A DNA stretch of 64,000 nt from Octopus sinensis (lineage: Eukaryota): the NCBI RefSeq assembly GCF_006345805.1, contig NC_043003.1, positions 45,446,001 through 45,510,000 of the forward strand, in the 5' to 3' direction. Shown one piece after another: positions 40,001 to 53,402 of the stretch; the stretch's first letter is position 1, and the number at the start of each line of letters is the position of its first letter. The position numbers were made by a program, and so were the translations under genes. The notes under the pieces were generated by a model. The model searched no databases and was not told the DNA's origin. It was given only the letters and a program-made list of their open reading frames with translations.

Positions 40001-40334
40001 AAGGGGTTATCAACCATTTTTTATCTATAGACCCCTTTGATTCTCATTTTATTCTGGTGGACCCCCATAGCCATTCAACGTTTAAAAAACTAGTTTATAG
40101 AAACTCCTTTCAAACTTCCTAGTCTGTTCCCCAAACATTAACTTGTTTAGGTTGAATTATAGAGAATGTTAGCTATAATACCTAGTTGCTTCTTGCAATA
40201 TATACCAATACATACATCAGAAGCAAACTTTTTCAGGGACCCTTAAAATACTATTGTGGGTCCCTTGATTTCGTGAACCCCGCAACATCTTAAATGGAAG
40301 ACAAAGGGCCATAAGGACCAGTTGAGAACCATCG
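40001..40334 (+). mobile_element. hAT-type MITE with perfect 8-bp TSD
   Basis: TIRs AAGGGGTTATCAACC and GTTGAGAACCATCG. TSD ATCTAAAT at 39993-40000 and 40335-40342. Confidence 0.85.
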
Positions 40335-40379
40335 ATCTAAATGTTTAAAACAAATTAAAAAATCACAGGCATTACTTTA

Positions 40380-40538
40380 TGGTTGAGAAGTTAACTTCGA
40401 AGCTGCGTGGCTACGGGTTCAGTCCCACTTGCGATACATTGGACTAGAATCTTCTACTACAGCCCTTATTTAACGAATGTCTTGCGACTGAATTTGTGTA
40501 TTTCCAGATTCGTTACAGCCCAACACACACAGACACAG

Positions 40539-40587
<49 letters not shown>

Positions 40588-40745
40588 CGACGGACTTCCT
40601 TGAGTTTCCGTTTACCAACTCAACTCACAAGTCTTTGATTCCAGACTGCAGTAGAAGACACTTGCCCAAGGTGCCACGCGGTGAAACTGAACCCCCAACC
40701 ATATGGTTGGGAAGCAAGCTTCTTATATGTGTGATTGCGCCTTTT
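40380..40745. mobile_element. Two SINE family A 5' halves tail-to-tail (+ at 40380-40510, - at 40585-40745) around (CA)n
   Basis: GGGTTCAGTCCCACTTGCG on the plus strand and CTTGCCCAAGGTGCCACGCGGTGAAACTGAACCC on the minus strand. Confidence 0.7.
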
Positions 40746-41374
40746 CCTTTGTATTTGTGCCTCGCTTTTGATAACACTGTGCATCTCTATTTCGCCTCGT
40801 AACGGCTGAAAGAGACCAGCATATGTACCAAACTTAACATTTATTAATGGCTTCGGTTTGACGGCCTTAACCCTTAAACGCACTATTTCCAGCTTTGTCA
40901 CAGTCCAATGGCTGTAACAAGTAAAATAATTATACTATATCTAGATACACATAAACATACTATAAAATGGTTTGCTAAGTCACTTTCTATATCTAATATA
41001 AAAATTGAGAATATTACTTAATAAATCGATGAATGATATGTCTAGGTTACATTAAGTTTTGTTAGACTTATTTAACTGATTGACTAACAAAGTGATCAGA
41101 CAATATATTATTACATTGCAGCCGCACAATTGATTCACTGGACATCTATGTACATGCACGAATAGTTAAGAAATTCGCTTCACAATCATGATGTCCAGTT
41201 TTCATCTCACACCTAGGAATATTAAAGAAATTTCTTTACTATGACAGAACTTCTCAAAGTGAGAGGAGCCGCCACCTTGTGGAGGATAGATAATTTTAAG
41301 TGAACTGAGCCAAAAGAGGTAGAAGGTTGGGAGCGGAAAATAGGGTATCGTTTTTCGATTCGTTTATCTTATAT

Positions 41375-41720
41375 TCTTTATTTGTTCCAGTCATTAGACT
41401 GCGGCCATTCTGGGGCACCGCCTTGAAGAATGTTTTAGTCGATCGAATCGACCTCAGTATTTTCTTTTTAAGCCTGGTATTTATTCTACAGTTTTCTTTT
41501 GCTGAACCCCTAAGTGCACAAGAATATACACACATCCACACCGGTTGTCAAGCTGTGACGGGGGACACACCGACAAGAACACATACACATACGTATATGT
41601 GATGGACTTGTCAATTTCCCTCTACCAAGTCCACTCCCAAGACTTCGGTCGGCTCTAGACTGCAGCACTGAACCTGGAACCATTCTGTTGAGAAACAAGC
41701 TTTGAAATATTTTCAGTTTA
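41375..41720 (-). mobile_element. SINE family A, older subfamily
   Basis: Diverged tail GTCATTAGACTGCGGCCATTCTGGGGCACCGCC and partial head. Confidence 0.7.
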
Positions 41721-42004
41721 CTAATTAACGCACCCAAGTTAATGTGGATGTATTATGTCCAGCGTCGCACTGCTGTAATCGTCCTGTGAAATCATTTCAT
41801 ATAGGACATTATGAACGACAAAACACAGCGTGCTTTTTAGCACTTAACTTTTAGCGAAATTTCTCAGACAAATCCCGCACTTACAGCGTTTAAAACATTA
41901 CGTTCAGATTAAATTGACTGTGCTAATTAACATTTGTTACAAAGCGGCTTCTGTCGCTAATAGCTAATTTTTAATTTATTTTCTGTGTGCAATTTACCAA
42001 GTAA

Positions 42005-42200
42005 TATTGGTTTCAAATTTTGGGGGATGGTTGATATCGATTACATCAACCCCAGTACTCAACTGGAACTTATTTTATCTATCCAGAAAGGATGAAAAGC
42101 TAAGTCAACCCCGGTGGCATTTGAACGTGGGACATAAAGACAGAGGAAATGCCGCTAAGCATTTTGCCTGGTGTGCTAACGATCTGACAGCTCACCGCCT
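42005..42200 (-). mobile_element. SINE family B, old copy
   Basis: CCCCAGTACTCAACTGG...GGATGAAAAGCTAAGTCAACCCCGGTGGCATTTGAAC...CAGCTCACCGCC. Confidence 0.65.
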
Positions 42201-42349
42201 TGATTTCTCTAGTAATATTACTGGTCGAAAGATTGTAGCATTCAAATTATATTCTTGAAAATTTACTTCTTTGCAAGCATTTTTCCCATGGTGATCCATA
42301 TAACCAACTGATGTGCACCGCGCTACAATTTAGCTTCTATATTAATGCT

Positions 42350-42540
42350 TTGACATCTAGAAATAGCAACCAAATCCCTCTCACATCATACCCTAACGTT
42401 GTAAGCAAAAGAAGATCACATGCGATTATGAAGTCATAGACACATTATGTCTGAAAAACAAGCAATGTGATTATCGTTGTTGGTACACCGTTCATAATCG
42501 ATCTATTCTAAAAATCTGACCTAGGGTTATAACAACTACG
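42350..42540 (+). repeat. Old dispersed repeat family G
   Basis: CTAGAAATAGCAACCAAATCCCTC... Confidence 0.5.
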
Positions 42541-42884
42541 AGTCTCTTTCCAAATGAAAACATAGCAAAATCAACAGAAAAGCTAAATTCTTCAATCAGC
42601 AGAAATAAATGAAATTTACTAATGAGTGAAAAAATAATCAATAACGAATAGATTTTGGTGTTGTTTTCTTGTTCATTTAGCTCAGAAACATTAAAGGATC
42701 GAAACTTTTTTTGCACACATCCGCGCACACGTATTTAGGTTCACATACTTATAGAGGCATCCATGCAAGTGCGCATAAATGCGCCAAAGGTAATCGCATA
42801 CGCATGTGCACTGAAACATACGCATATTTGCGTGTATGTGCACACACACCCACACATACATACACACACACACCACACACACAC

Positions 42885-42951
<67 letters not shown>

Positions 42952-42957
<6 letters not shown>

Positions 42958-43134
42958 CAAAATTTAAATGACTGACCACTAAAAGTGGACGGTCAAACAT
43001 GCTAGATATAGACGTCAAAATCGCTATTTTCCACAAAGAGAACACATTCCTTGTGGAAAATAGCGATTTTGACGTCTATATCTAGCATGTTGACCGTCCA
43101 CTTTTAGTGGTCAGACCATTAAATTTTATATGTA
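42952..43134. mobile_element. Palindromic foldback element (MITE-like hairpin)
   Basis: Arms 42952-43036 and 43051-43134 are near-perfect reverse complements around a 14-nt loop (AGAGAACACATTCC). Sits next to (TA)n. Confidence 0.85.
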
Positions 43135-43212
43135 AAAATATTTTAATCTTCGGATTTTTTTAATATGCTAGGCCACTGGTTTTAATTGATTAATATCAAT
43201 TTCTACCCTTAT

Positions 43213-43254
<42 letters not shown>

Positions 43255-45182
43255 ATAGATATATATATATATATAGATAGATAGATAGATATGTGTGTTT
43301 ATGTACTCATATGTCTATATACACACACATATATACATCTACGTGTGTGCATATATACAGATGATATACGAACCAACGTGGAACCCAATAATACATTGCT
43401 CAAACTGCACAAAATACTTGTATATCTCCGTAAATTCATAGCCAATTGCTTTAAAAAATGTCTTGTTGGATAATGTTGTCCTCCGTTCTCTTGACACAGA
43501 AAAGTGATGTGAGGGCCATTGCAGAAATTTCATGATCACAGGTCGTCGCAGTTATGGTTGACGTGGGATTACACAGCAATAACCGCAACATAGGTATAGG
43601 ATATGTGTGTGTGTGTGTGCGTGTGTGCGCGCGCGCGTGTGTGTGTGTATGTGTATACAGACACATTTATGTACACACACATAGGCTCACAATATAAGCC
43701 TAGTTAAAAAAGGTAGCCTCTGCATGGTTAGGCAACTTGTAGAACCAGCAACGAAATAACTCACAGAAAGCATCTTACCATCTGTAGCCCACAATTCATG
43801 AAAAGAAAACGAGATGATCATAACTATGTTTTTCGTTACGAGTTAGCTAAATACATACAGAAAGACTCATTATGTCTATCTGTATCCATGGGTGATGCTC
43901 GTTTGTTCAGTGATATACTACTAATATGCATGTATCAATTCAATATGTGTATCTTCTGGATATGAATTTTTGCTTTACAATCACGAGTTTCCATGCACAG
44001 TCGCCCTTCATTGCTTCTTCCATGAATAAGTTTTAATCTTAACTTTGCAGTAGCAATGAAATCACCCTCGAGTACTTTACTGCCTTCAAAATAAGAAGAA
44101 ATAATTTTAGGAATGTAGAGACATATACATTATTAATAAAAACAAATCAGATTGGTCACAGATGGAATGCTTTTAATCATAGGCCTGATCTATCAGGGTT
44201 GCTGAAAAAGTAAACAATGATACGGAGATAAACAGCTAATTGAGATTCGAAAATGAAAGAAGCAAATACGAACCCCACAGACAACAAACTAGAAAATAGT
44301 TGAGCTACACAGGGGGACTTGACATGCTAGGAATAACAGAGAAATATCTTTCAAATTTTATAATCTTAATGAATAGAGAACACAATGGATGAACACAAGA
44401 TTCCTAAATGTACACCAGAAAAACGGCATGATGTCGACTACGAACACTTTGATCAAAGAACTGGTCGATGAGGGTTTGTGTGGATAATTAAGAAAAACAA
44501 AATCTGCAACAACAGCCATAATAACATCACCAGCAACAAGTGCCAAATTCTTTCTCTTCAGATAAATCTCATAGCTTTATCTGATAAAATCTTTATTAAT
44601 GGCCGTCTTTATTAAAAGCAGCTTCCATTAAATATTGTACTCTTTACCATATGTGTCAGTGCGTGTATGAGTGTACGTATTTATGTATGTATTTATGTAT
44701 GTATGTATGTATGTATGTATGTATGTATGTATGTATGCATGTATGCACGTATCATAAATCTAAGAGTGAAGCCTCTAAAGCGTTCATGTATGTGCAACCA
44801 TTTTGTTTTCTGCTGTCGGTTTACGTTGGACAATTTAAACTGATTAAGAAAGGAATTAGGATTAAGTAGTGAAGACAGATTAACAGGTGTGCGACTAGTG
44901 AGATATTGTTTACAGTGTTATGGACATTAATGCATAATAAATGAATAATTTTAGGTGTAGACATATGTGATAGGAGTTTTTATACACACATACATACAGG
45001 CACACAATAATGCGCATATACATATGCATGTATGCATGAATGTATATATGTATGCACACTAAATATCAACATACATCTGTATTCACATAAAAGCGATAAA
45101 AAGAAAGATATTAGTAGTTTTGTATTTAATATATAAAATTACAAATACTATTGAAATACGTATTTGTGGGGGGGTATTTACG

Positions 45183-45229
<47 letters not shown>

Positions 45230-45537
45230 TATATATATAAGCATATATATATATGTACGTATGTTTATGTACACACACACACACACATATATATATTTAT
45301 ATGTATGAATGTATGTATGTATGTATGTATGTATGTATGCATATATGTTATGCGTGTGTGTTTGTGTATATATCTATATATATGTATACACGTTCACGCA
45401 GAAACACACACACATACCCACACGCACACACACACACACACATACACACGGTCGACGGCTGTAATTTTGATAATGGTATCGGTGCACTTTCGGATATTGT
45501 TGTTGATTAAAGTGGTGGTGCTGGTGGAGGTGCTGCT

Positions 45538-45568
<31 letters not shown>

Positions 45569-46440
45569 ATAATCATGATCATGATGATAATGATGATGAT
45601 GTCGACGATTACTGTGACAATGTTAAGCTGATTAAATTCAGTAATCTGCCATTTATCAGTATCAATACGTTTGGGGATATATCAAGTTGGACTCTAATGT
45701 ATCAAGATTACTGCCACTTTGGTTCACAGATAAAAGCATTTCATGCAGACTTACTGACTCCATGTGTTCAATTCCCATTGAAGTTTACTTTATGTGTCAT
45801 ATTCATTGGGCATCGGGGATATTGCCTTCCATCTCAATATGTAATGTATTCGAATTTTTCTTAAAAGCACCAAGCTATTATTTTTATAGTTTTTTTTTTT
45901 TGTTTTTTTTCTCTATTCTTTTGCTGGCCACAATTCGTATATGTACTGCACAAAGTATTGCACAAAGATAGCGCTACAAGTCGAAAATAAATCTTATTAC
46001 TTTCGTGAAATTGTGTCGATCGCTCGACACATTTCCCTCGTTACTTTTCTGTTCTTGTTTTTGTTTTTTTTTATTCGGGGCAGTGGTCCAATAAGCGATA
46101 TACCTTTGAAGAGAAAGAAATACTTCCCAACATATAGCACAGTATAAACCCATAAACCCCGAATTTGAATACACAAATAAAGAGCGAACGTAATCGCTAG
46201 GCATCTGAAATATTGTCAAGGTTTCCATTCTTCCACATAATCATGCTAAGACTATAATGCGAATATCTCCGTAAAATAAAAAGAAAACGTTTTCCCAGAG
46301 ACATGCAAAGTTATGATGAAGCAAATATAAGCGAAATTATGGCGCAATATATTTTTGCTGTTTAGTTCTCAGCGAGGCGGTACTGTTTGAGCAGTCATCT
46401 GATTAAAAAGTACTTGACGCAGCCATATATTACTAATGTC

Positions 46441-46494
<54 letters not shown>

Positions 46495-47016
46495 GGGACG
46501 GTCATACTCCCAATAAACATGCACCATTTGATCTTCACTTCATTATCGTCATTGCGCCATACATTCTGTGACCTCTTCAATGACTTTCTATTCCCCGTGT
46601 CTCCCTTTATCTCTAGTCTTGTCCTGTCTATTTCATTTTCTCTTTCTGTCTCTTCTAACAGATTGATTCCATTAACAATTCTCTTCAGCATTTGTAATCA
46701 ACATATGTAGTAAAGATATTAGCAGAGAGGTGTGAAATTTTAGAAGACCGGCTTTCTGGGAAGGAAGTAGTGGGCATAATGGTTAGTGTTGGGCTACCCG
46801 AGGAAAGACAAACGGTATAAGAATACGCTAGTTGAGAGGACATGAGTTCAGCAATTCAGAAGTACAAAGTTCACTACGTAGCGGTTAGAAAAGGCAGAAA
46901 CAAGAGACGACAGACAGTTATACGGGTTACAGGTCTGGAGTGTCCGTGAGTGACTTTATGCCATATAGCCGGATATGGCTTTATAGAGAAAGCATGAATA
47001 ATTAGCAGGAGTAGAA

Positions 47017-47200
47017 TGGTGAGCTGGCAGAATCGTTAGCACACCAAACAACATGATTACCGACATTTCGTCCGTTTTTGCGTTCGAAGTTCAAATTCCG
47101 GCAAGATCGACTTTGCCTTTCATCTTTTCGGGGTCATTAATGTAAGCACCTGTTGAGTTCTGGAGTAGATGTGATCGACTTGGCCAAGGTGTAGGCGAAC
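47017..47200 (+). mobile_element. SINE family B
   Basis: GGTGAGCTGGCAGAATCGTTAGCAC...GTTCAAATTCCGGCAAGATCGACTTTGCCTTTCATC. Confidence 0.75.
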
Positions 47201-47955
47201 CGGGCTAAATTACCCCAAGTGGGGTACAAATAAAATTCTTGGTGGGTAATGAAGGCTCATTAGACATAAGTAAATTTTTTTTTTTTTTTAAATGTGTTCC
47301 TTGTTATCTTCGTTCGAATCAAGGGAGTAACGTCGGTTTCAGTAAATATATTTTGGGATAATTGGTTAAAAAAAAGTATCCCGATCCCTGACGTAGCCCC
47401 TTCCGTCAAAATTTCTAGCCTTCTGCCAAAAGTAGAAACCAATGATTTGTAAAGGTTGATATATCTACTACATCTGAGAAGGACTACCGATCATTGGGAT
47501 GCTGAACAAGTTATGCGAATGATATGCTTCTGATAAACGTTAGATGATGGTAACACAGAAAAATAGGAGCGATTATTAAGGCTTAAGCTGCGTGCAACAC
47601 ATGATTCATGTTTTCTTGATATGAGTAAAGTTTGTCTTTGATATTATCTGATGTGTCTTTCTTTAAGAAAACAGGATGTGACATTAGGGTGATTTGGCAT
47701 GTATACTATTATATTTGTTTTAGCCATATCAGTAAATTACTGTCGCAGTGCATGAAACACACAAAGTTGTTATGGCTTTATCCTAATAAACCTCGAATTC
47801 CTAGCCAATATATTTGGATGTGTGTTTGGGTATGTAGGATTTACATGTGAATGTGTGAGCGAGTGTGTGAGTACATATACACATATGTGTATGTATACTG
47901 ATATATGAATATGTCTTATATACGCATGTGTGTATGTGTGTATGTATGTATATAT

Positions 47956-48010
<55 letters not shown>

Positions 48011-48039
48011 GCATGTATGTATATAGAAGAAAACAAAAA

Positions 48040-48320
48040 ATGAAACAAGAACATAACAGGCGACAACACAACATCCGGACAGTTAGACGATACAAAAAAA
48101 AGGACAGGAAAAAAGTAAGGACGAGCCATTCGGAGTTTTCTATCCTCATTCGAGTTCCAGATCGTCGTTGCAGTTTCGGCTGGTTACACTCGAGACTACT
48201 CCAATCTAGCCAGACCCAAGGAAGTCTAAGCTAAGAGCACCAGACTCCTTCGAAGAAAGCAAGCGAATGTATACGGAAACAAGGACGAAAAAAAAAACGG
48301 ACAGGTTTGGTGATGCAAAC
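48040..48320 (-). repeat. Diverged relative of the 15-17 kb array unit
   Basis: CATTCGGAG...GCAGTTTCGGCTGGTTACACTCGAGACTAC...GCGAATGTATACGGAAACAAGGACG is co-linear with 15119-15280. Confidence 0.6.
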
Positions 48321-48329
48321 AGGAAAATT

Positions 48330-49030
48330 AGTACTCAAAACATATATATATATATATATGCATATATATATATATATATCACCTATACATACACGCCCAC
48401 ACACCTACATACACACACATACACGGACACACCCATACATACTTACATACATACACCTATACACACACGCCTACACACCTACATACACACACATGCATAC
48501 ACACACATGTACGCACATACACACACATATACGCACATACATATATACCCACACACATGCACACACACACATACGCACATGCATGCATGCATGCACACGC
48601 GCACACCTACACGCATACATGCATACATGCATACACACACGCACGTACACATACATACATACACACACATACATACACACACACATACACACACATACAT
48701 ACACACACACATACACACACGCACGTACACATACATACATACACACACACACACTCACTCACACACCTGTATGTACGCGCACACACATGCACATACACAC
48801 ACTTCCACACACCCACACGTACATACATACACACTCATACACATACACACACGGACATACATCTATGCACACACATATATACACACATACTTACATACAT
48901 TCATCGGACACACTGACACCCAGACATACACACAGACACACTCACACATCCACACACATACATACTTACACACACACTCGCAGGCGCGCGCACACACGCA
49001 CTTGCGCCGGTTCGCGCATGCATACGCGCA
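48330..49030. repeat. Cryptic (CA)/(CATA) low-complexity tract
   Basis: Direct reading. Source of the 322-aa and 324-aa HT-rich ORFs. Confidence 0.95.
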
Positions 49031-49559
49031 TGCATGCACCTCGCTCTTGGACCCGACGAGACCTCCCGCTCGTTTCTGGGGCCGTCGCCTGTCGTTGGGT
49101 TCTCCCACGCCCGTCTCCGCGGGACCACTCTTCCATCTTCCCCTCAGCTGGAGTCCTTTTTCCTTATACCCCCCTTTTTTTGTTACACACACGCGCACAC
49201 ATACATACACCCACTCACACACACACATTGCTTAAATATATACATTACTCTTACACACACTTCAAATCTACTCGCCATTAATACAACCACGACACTGGAC
49301 ACACACACACTACTACTCAACACACACGCTGGCACGTTACATACGCCCCCACCCCTTCCCCTCCCTCCCTTCCTCCTTCCTTCATTTTCTTACTACTGAC
49401 CACTGTCTGCTGCCTACTACTGTTCGCCCTACCTCACACGCCTACACACAGACGCACACACTAACATATACATATATTTTTTGTTTTTTTATCTCGCCTC
49501 ACACACACATACACACACGCACACGCACACACTCACACATACACACACATCTGTTGCGT

Positions 49560-49856
49560 TACCAACCCTGTCTCCACTCTTTTGGCTTTAAAAACCTACT
49601 TTGCTCTTGTTATCGTAAACTTCCGCCTTTCACCATGTGTACTTCGTAAACACCAGTGGTTTTTTTTTTCTCCATCTCTTGTTGCCCACTTTGGGATCTT
49701 TCTTTCCTCTCTCTTCCTTCTTTATGTTTCCGACGAAGAGCTCCGCTCGAAACGTCATACCTTCCTGCTTCCATCTTTCCTGAGCGCCTATTAATAATAA
49801 TACTGTAATTGTTCCACGTGTTGTTGTTTTTTCTGTTTTCCCGTTTGGATTAAAAT

Positions 49857-49860
<4 letters not shown>
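49560..49860 (+). mobile_element. Penelope-like pLTR with near-intact hammerhead (49726-49760)
   Basis: GTTT-CCGACGA-A-GAGC-TCC-GCTC-GAAACGTC-ATAC (core U4 to C). Homologous to the 29.3 and 29.7 kb copies. Confidence 0.75.
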
Positions 49861-49907
<47 letters not shown>

Positions 49908-51612
49908 CTATATATATATACATACATATATATATATACATACATATATATATATACATATATATATGTATATATATACATATATATATATACATATATC
50001 TATATATATATATATACATATATATATACATACATATATATATACATATATATATATATATATGTATGTATATATACATATTTCTATATTCACACACACA
50101 AATGCGTCAAACATGTACTCATATCTTTGGTGGGTTAAGTTGTTAGGCAACTGTCATATCTTTGATGATGATGATGTTGACGATAACGATGACGATCATG
50201 ATGATGATGATGTTGAATGATGAGGGTAATGAGGAAAGTAACGATGAAGGCGGTCGTGACGGTGGTGATAGTTATAGATGAGTTTTATCTCAGCTAAAAG
50301 ACAGCTTTTGAATCTATGATATGTTGAGTTGGATGAGAAATTAGGCATTTCATCTGACAAGCAAGTCGTTCTCTCAAAATCTTTTAGCTGGGAAAATAAC
50401 TGGGGCTTTTCATTCAGTGATGGATTATTGTACGCAATCTGACGTGTTGAATCTTACAAACACCCAAACACACACACACACGCAAGCAGCAGAAACTTAT
50501 GTATGGTTTTATAAAGGAAAATCCAAACAAATACATTTGCAGTCACACATACATACATACAGATGTAGGCACACATGCTTTACACAAATGTGTTTTTATA
50601 CAAATGGGAGATTGTTTATTTACAAAATTAAAAGAAACCTATGCAAGTCGACACTGGCAAATACATGTACATTAAAAAAAAAACCCACATCAGGTACATA
50701 TGAACGAGTGCGCAATATAGGCGTTTATATGTGTGTGTGTGTATTCATGAATACATATATATATACATGCATACTTACATACATACATACATGCATACAT
50801 ATATACATACAACCAGACACATATAAAGACAGAGGTGGGTAGACATAGAGAAAGAGAGGTGTAAGGAGCGCGATAATATATGACTATACTCACACATGCA
50901 CTCACACACATACACACACATATATGTATACATATACATATATACATATGTATACATACTTCTACGTGCACCCGTACACACACATACAAAGATATATGAT
51001 ATCTCATATTTCCTTAACAATTTTGTTCTTTTTTTTTATTTCTTCTTTTGCTTAGGTTTCCTAGTGTTATGTAGTTTCCACTAATAAGGGGTGGGTGTAG
51101 GCTTGCTGAAGCTGTAGTAGGTGGGGTTCGCGTATCTGAACTACAAATTAATTTTGATGAAACTATGTTGCCCTCTAACCAAAGAACATTTTAATATTGA
51201 CATTAAATTTCAATTTATGTGATGTTGTAATAATTATTTCTGCTGCTTTGAAACATCACTGCTTCCGCCGACACTCTTTTGTTGATTTTTATTGTAACTT
51301 TTGGTTCGTTTTTATCATCAGTTTTGTATTCTTCTTCTAACTCTTTTTTTCTACTCTCATCTTTTGTCACCACTATGCAGCATGGAAGCAACATATGGCC
51401 TAACTTCCAAAATTGGCCGTTTCTTATACACGAGAAAGATAGCTTGCATTTTTTAATGTCTAAATGTGTATCATTACACGTACAAGTGTGTATGTAGTTG
51501 TATGTACGCATATGTTTCCAAATGTGTACTTCCTACCATATACAAATGCACTATATACAGATGTGTTTGTGTTAATGCATTTCTCAAAATTACCGATTAT
51601 TGAAATTACTTA

Positions 51613-52070
51613 GCTATTATATAAAATCCGTTCTGTCTGTTTGTCTGTGTGTCTTCTAGGATCTCGGACATCCTCCATCCGATTGCGCTCAAATTTGATA
51701 TGTAGATACCGACGGTATCAGGGCGTGTATAAGTCTTGAAAAATTACAAAAATCGATTCCAGGTGAGAATGCGATCGATAAAGCCGTGGGAACGTGCATT
51801 TGTATAATCGTTTTTCTTGGAATAGAAAAAAGTCTATCTTTATTTCTTCTTTTGCTGGTGTCTCAAATTTAGGTTAAATCAGTGATTCAATTTTAGAAAA
51901 TTTGGTTTAAATGTTTGACAACTCAGTACCGTCGATTGGAAGGTGGGGGGGGGGCGTTTTGCTCGTTACTTATAAAAGAAGATATGAATTATTGAGATAC
52001 GATTGAAAGCCAGCACATCAAGACTGACTGGTAGCCTAAAAAATAGGCAACCACCGAGTATATCATGTAA
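51613..52070 (+). mobile_element. Probable decayed non-autonomous Helitron
   Basis: 5' TATATAAAATCCGTTCTGTCTG and an internal CCGATT.....AAATTTGA..TG motif resemble the 32478 element. Degenerate 3' hairpin GGCAACCACCGAG. Confidence 0.45.
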
Positions 52071-52689
52071 TCCTTTCGTTATGCTTATATTTTATTTATT
52101 TATTTATTTATATGGATTAGGAAAACGCTGAACTTCGCTATCAGACCTTCAATAAAAATAATATTTAGATCTATTGCTTCTAATACTTGAAGGAGCAGAA
52201 GAATCATTCCACTGCGAAGAAGCAAGTCTATTGTAATTTCTGCCAGCTCAACGATATCTGTCTTTCTTAGCCTCTGTTTTGTGTAATTAAATCTTCCTTC
52301 TCGGTAACAGTAAAGCATAAAAATATATAGTGTTCAATGTAAATCCAGTACTATAGAAAAAAAATAAACGACATGTATACATTCAGAAACGCAGAAACTT
52401 GAACTGTAAGGTAATAACGTATTAATATTTATAACCTAGAATAAGGAAATTATACAATATGTACCTCATAATATTAAAAGTTACGAAGATGCATATACTA
52501 TATATCAGAGAAGTGTAACATTCGATTGTAACTGTTTGCAATTTCAACATACAATTCCGACTTAGAAATTCCAACAGATATAGCACTATTTTCTTCAGGA
52601 AATACCAGCCACCAGCTGCCTAGGATTTGCAATATACTGAAAGATTGTCCGATATTACGAAACATACATATATTCGTCATTATTAAATC

Positions 52690-52790
52690 TTCGGCCTCAG
52701 CGGAATTCGAACTCAGAACGTAAAGATAGACAGACTAAATGCTGCAAAGCATTTTGCCTGACCTGCTAACGATTCTGACGGCTAGCCAAC
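52690..52790 (-). mobile_element. SINE family B 5' fragment
   Basis: CGGCCTCAGCGGAATTCGAACTCAGAACGTA...GCTAACGATTCTG. Confidence 0.65.
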
Positions 52791-53100
52791 TTATCATAAT
52801 TAGTAATATTACAATTATATTAGATGCTTAACCACTACACTAGAAGAAGAAAGGACGATGATATTCTCTACATACAGCTCTAAACATAACAGTGGCAATC
52901 GTATATCTATATGTACATAGAGGCTACACTATATATATATACGAGAATCTCCGCGAACTAAACGAGGCTGTGTTTTCCAACATAGAGGCGAACGCCTTTC
53001 CCCATGTGGTCGGCTTCAAAAATTCTTAAGGCACTAGGATATTTTCCTAGTTTTCCTAATATGAAACCAATGGTAGACGTAATTCAAAAATAAAGAAATT

Positions 53101-53402
53101 ATACAGTTCTATATTTACGAGATGAGGAATTATGTACATTATTTACATTTGACGGATATTTGTCATCTTGTTTGTTGTTAGCACAACGTTTCGGCTGATA
53201 TACCTTCCAGCCTTCATCAGGTGTCTTGCGGAAATTTCGAACCTGGGTTCTCGTTCCTAAGGTATTTTTCGATGTTGTTGTTATCATCATCATTATTATT
53301 ATAATTATTAGTATTATTATTATTAATCAGGTCACTGCCTGGAATCGAACTCGGAACCTTGGGGTTAGTAGCCCGCGCTCTTAACCACTACGCCATATGC
53401 CC
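53101..53402 (-). mobile_element. tRNA-headed element with hammerhead-bearing tail (SINE/retrozyme-like)
   Basis: Minus strand: tRNA-like head 53402-53328 (A box TGGCGTAGTGG, B box GTTCGATTCC), an (AAT)n linker, a hammerhead and the tail. No T4 run inside; a T5 run follows at 53090-53086. Confidence 0.75.
53182..53225 (-). ncRNA. Minimal type I hammerhead ribozyme, intact core
   Basis: GACAC-CUGAUGA-A-GGCUG-GAAGGUAUAU-CAGCC-GAAACGUU-GUG, with 5-bp stem II and 3-bp stem I. Confidence 0.85.

Noticed and set aside
46395-46691. 98-aa minus-strand ORF with a charged N-terminal half
   Set aside because: No recognisable motif or splice signals, the composition reflects an AG-rich tract, and it runs into (CA)n.
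48267-49281. Longest ORFs (322 aa and 324 aa, HT/YT-rich)
   Set aside because: They are read-through of a (CA)/(CATA) tract that lacks stop codons; no domain-like content.
53328-53402. Functional tRNA gene
   Set aside because: Only a 3-bp anticodon stem, a mismatched T stem and no acceptor stem; it is a SINE-type head. The same applies to the heads at 9448, 37304, 37560 and 39751.
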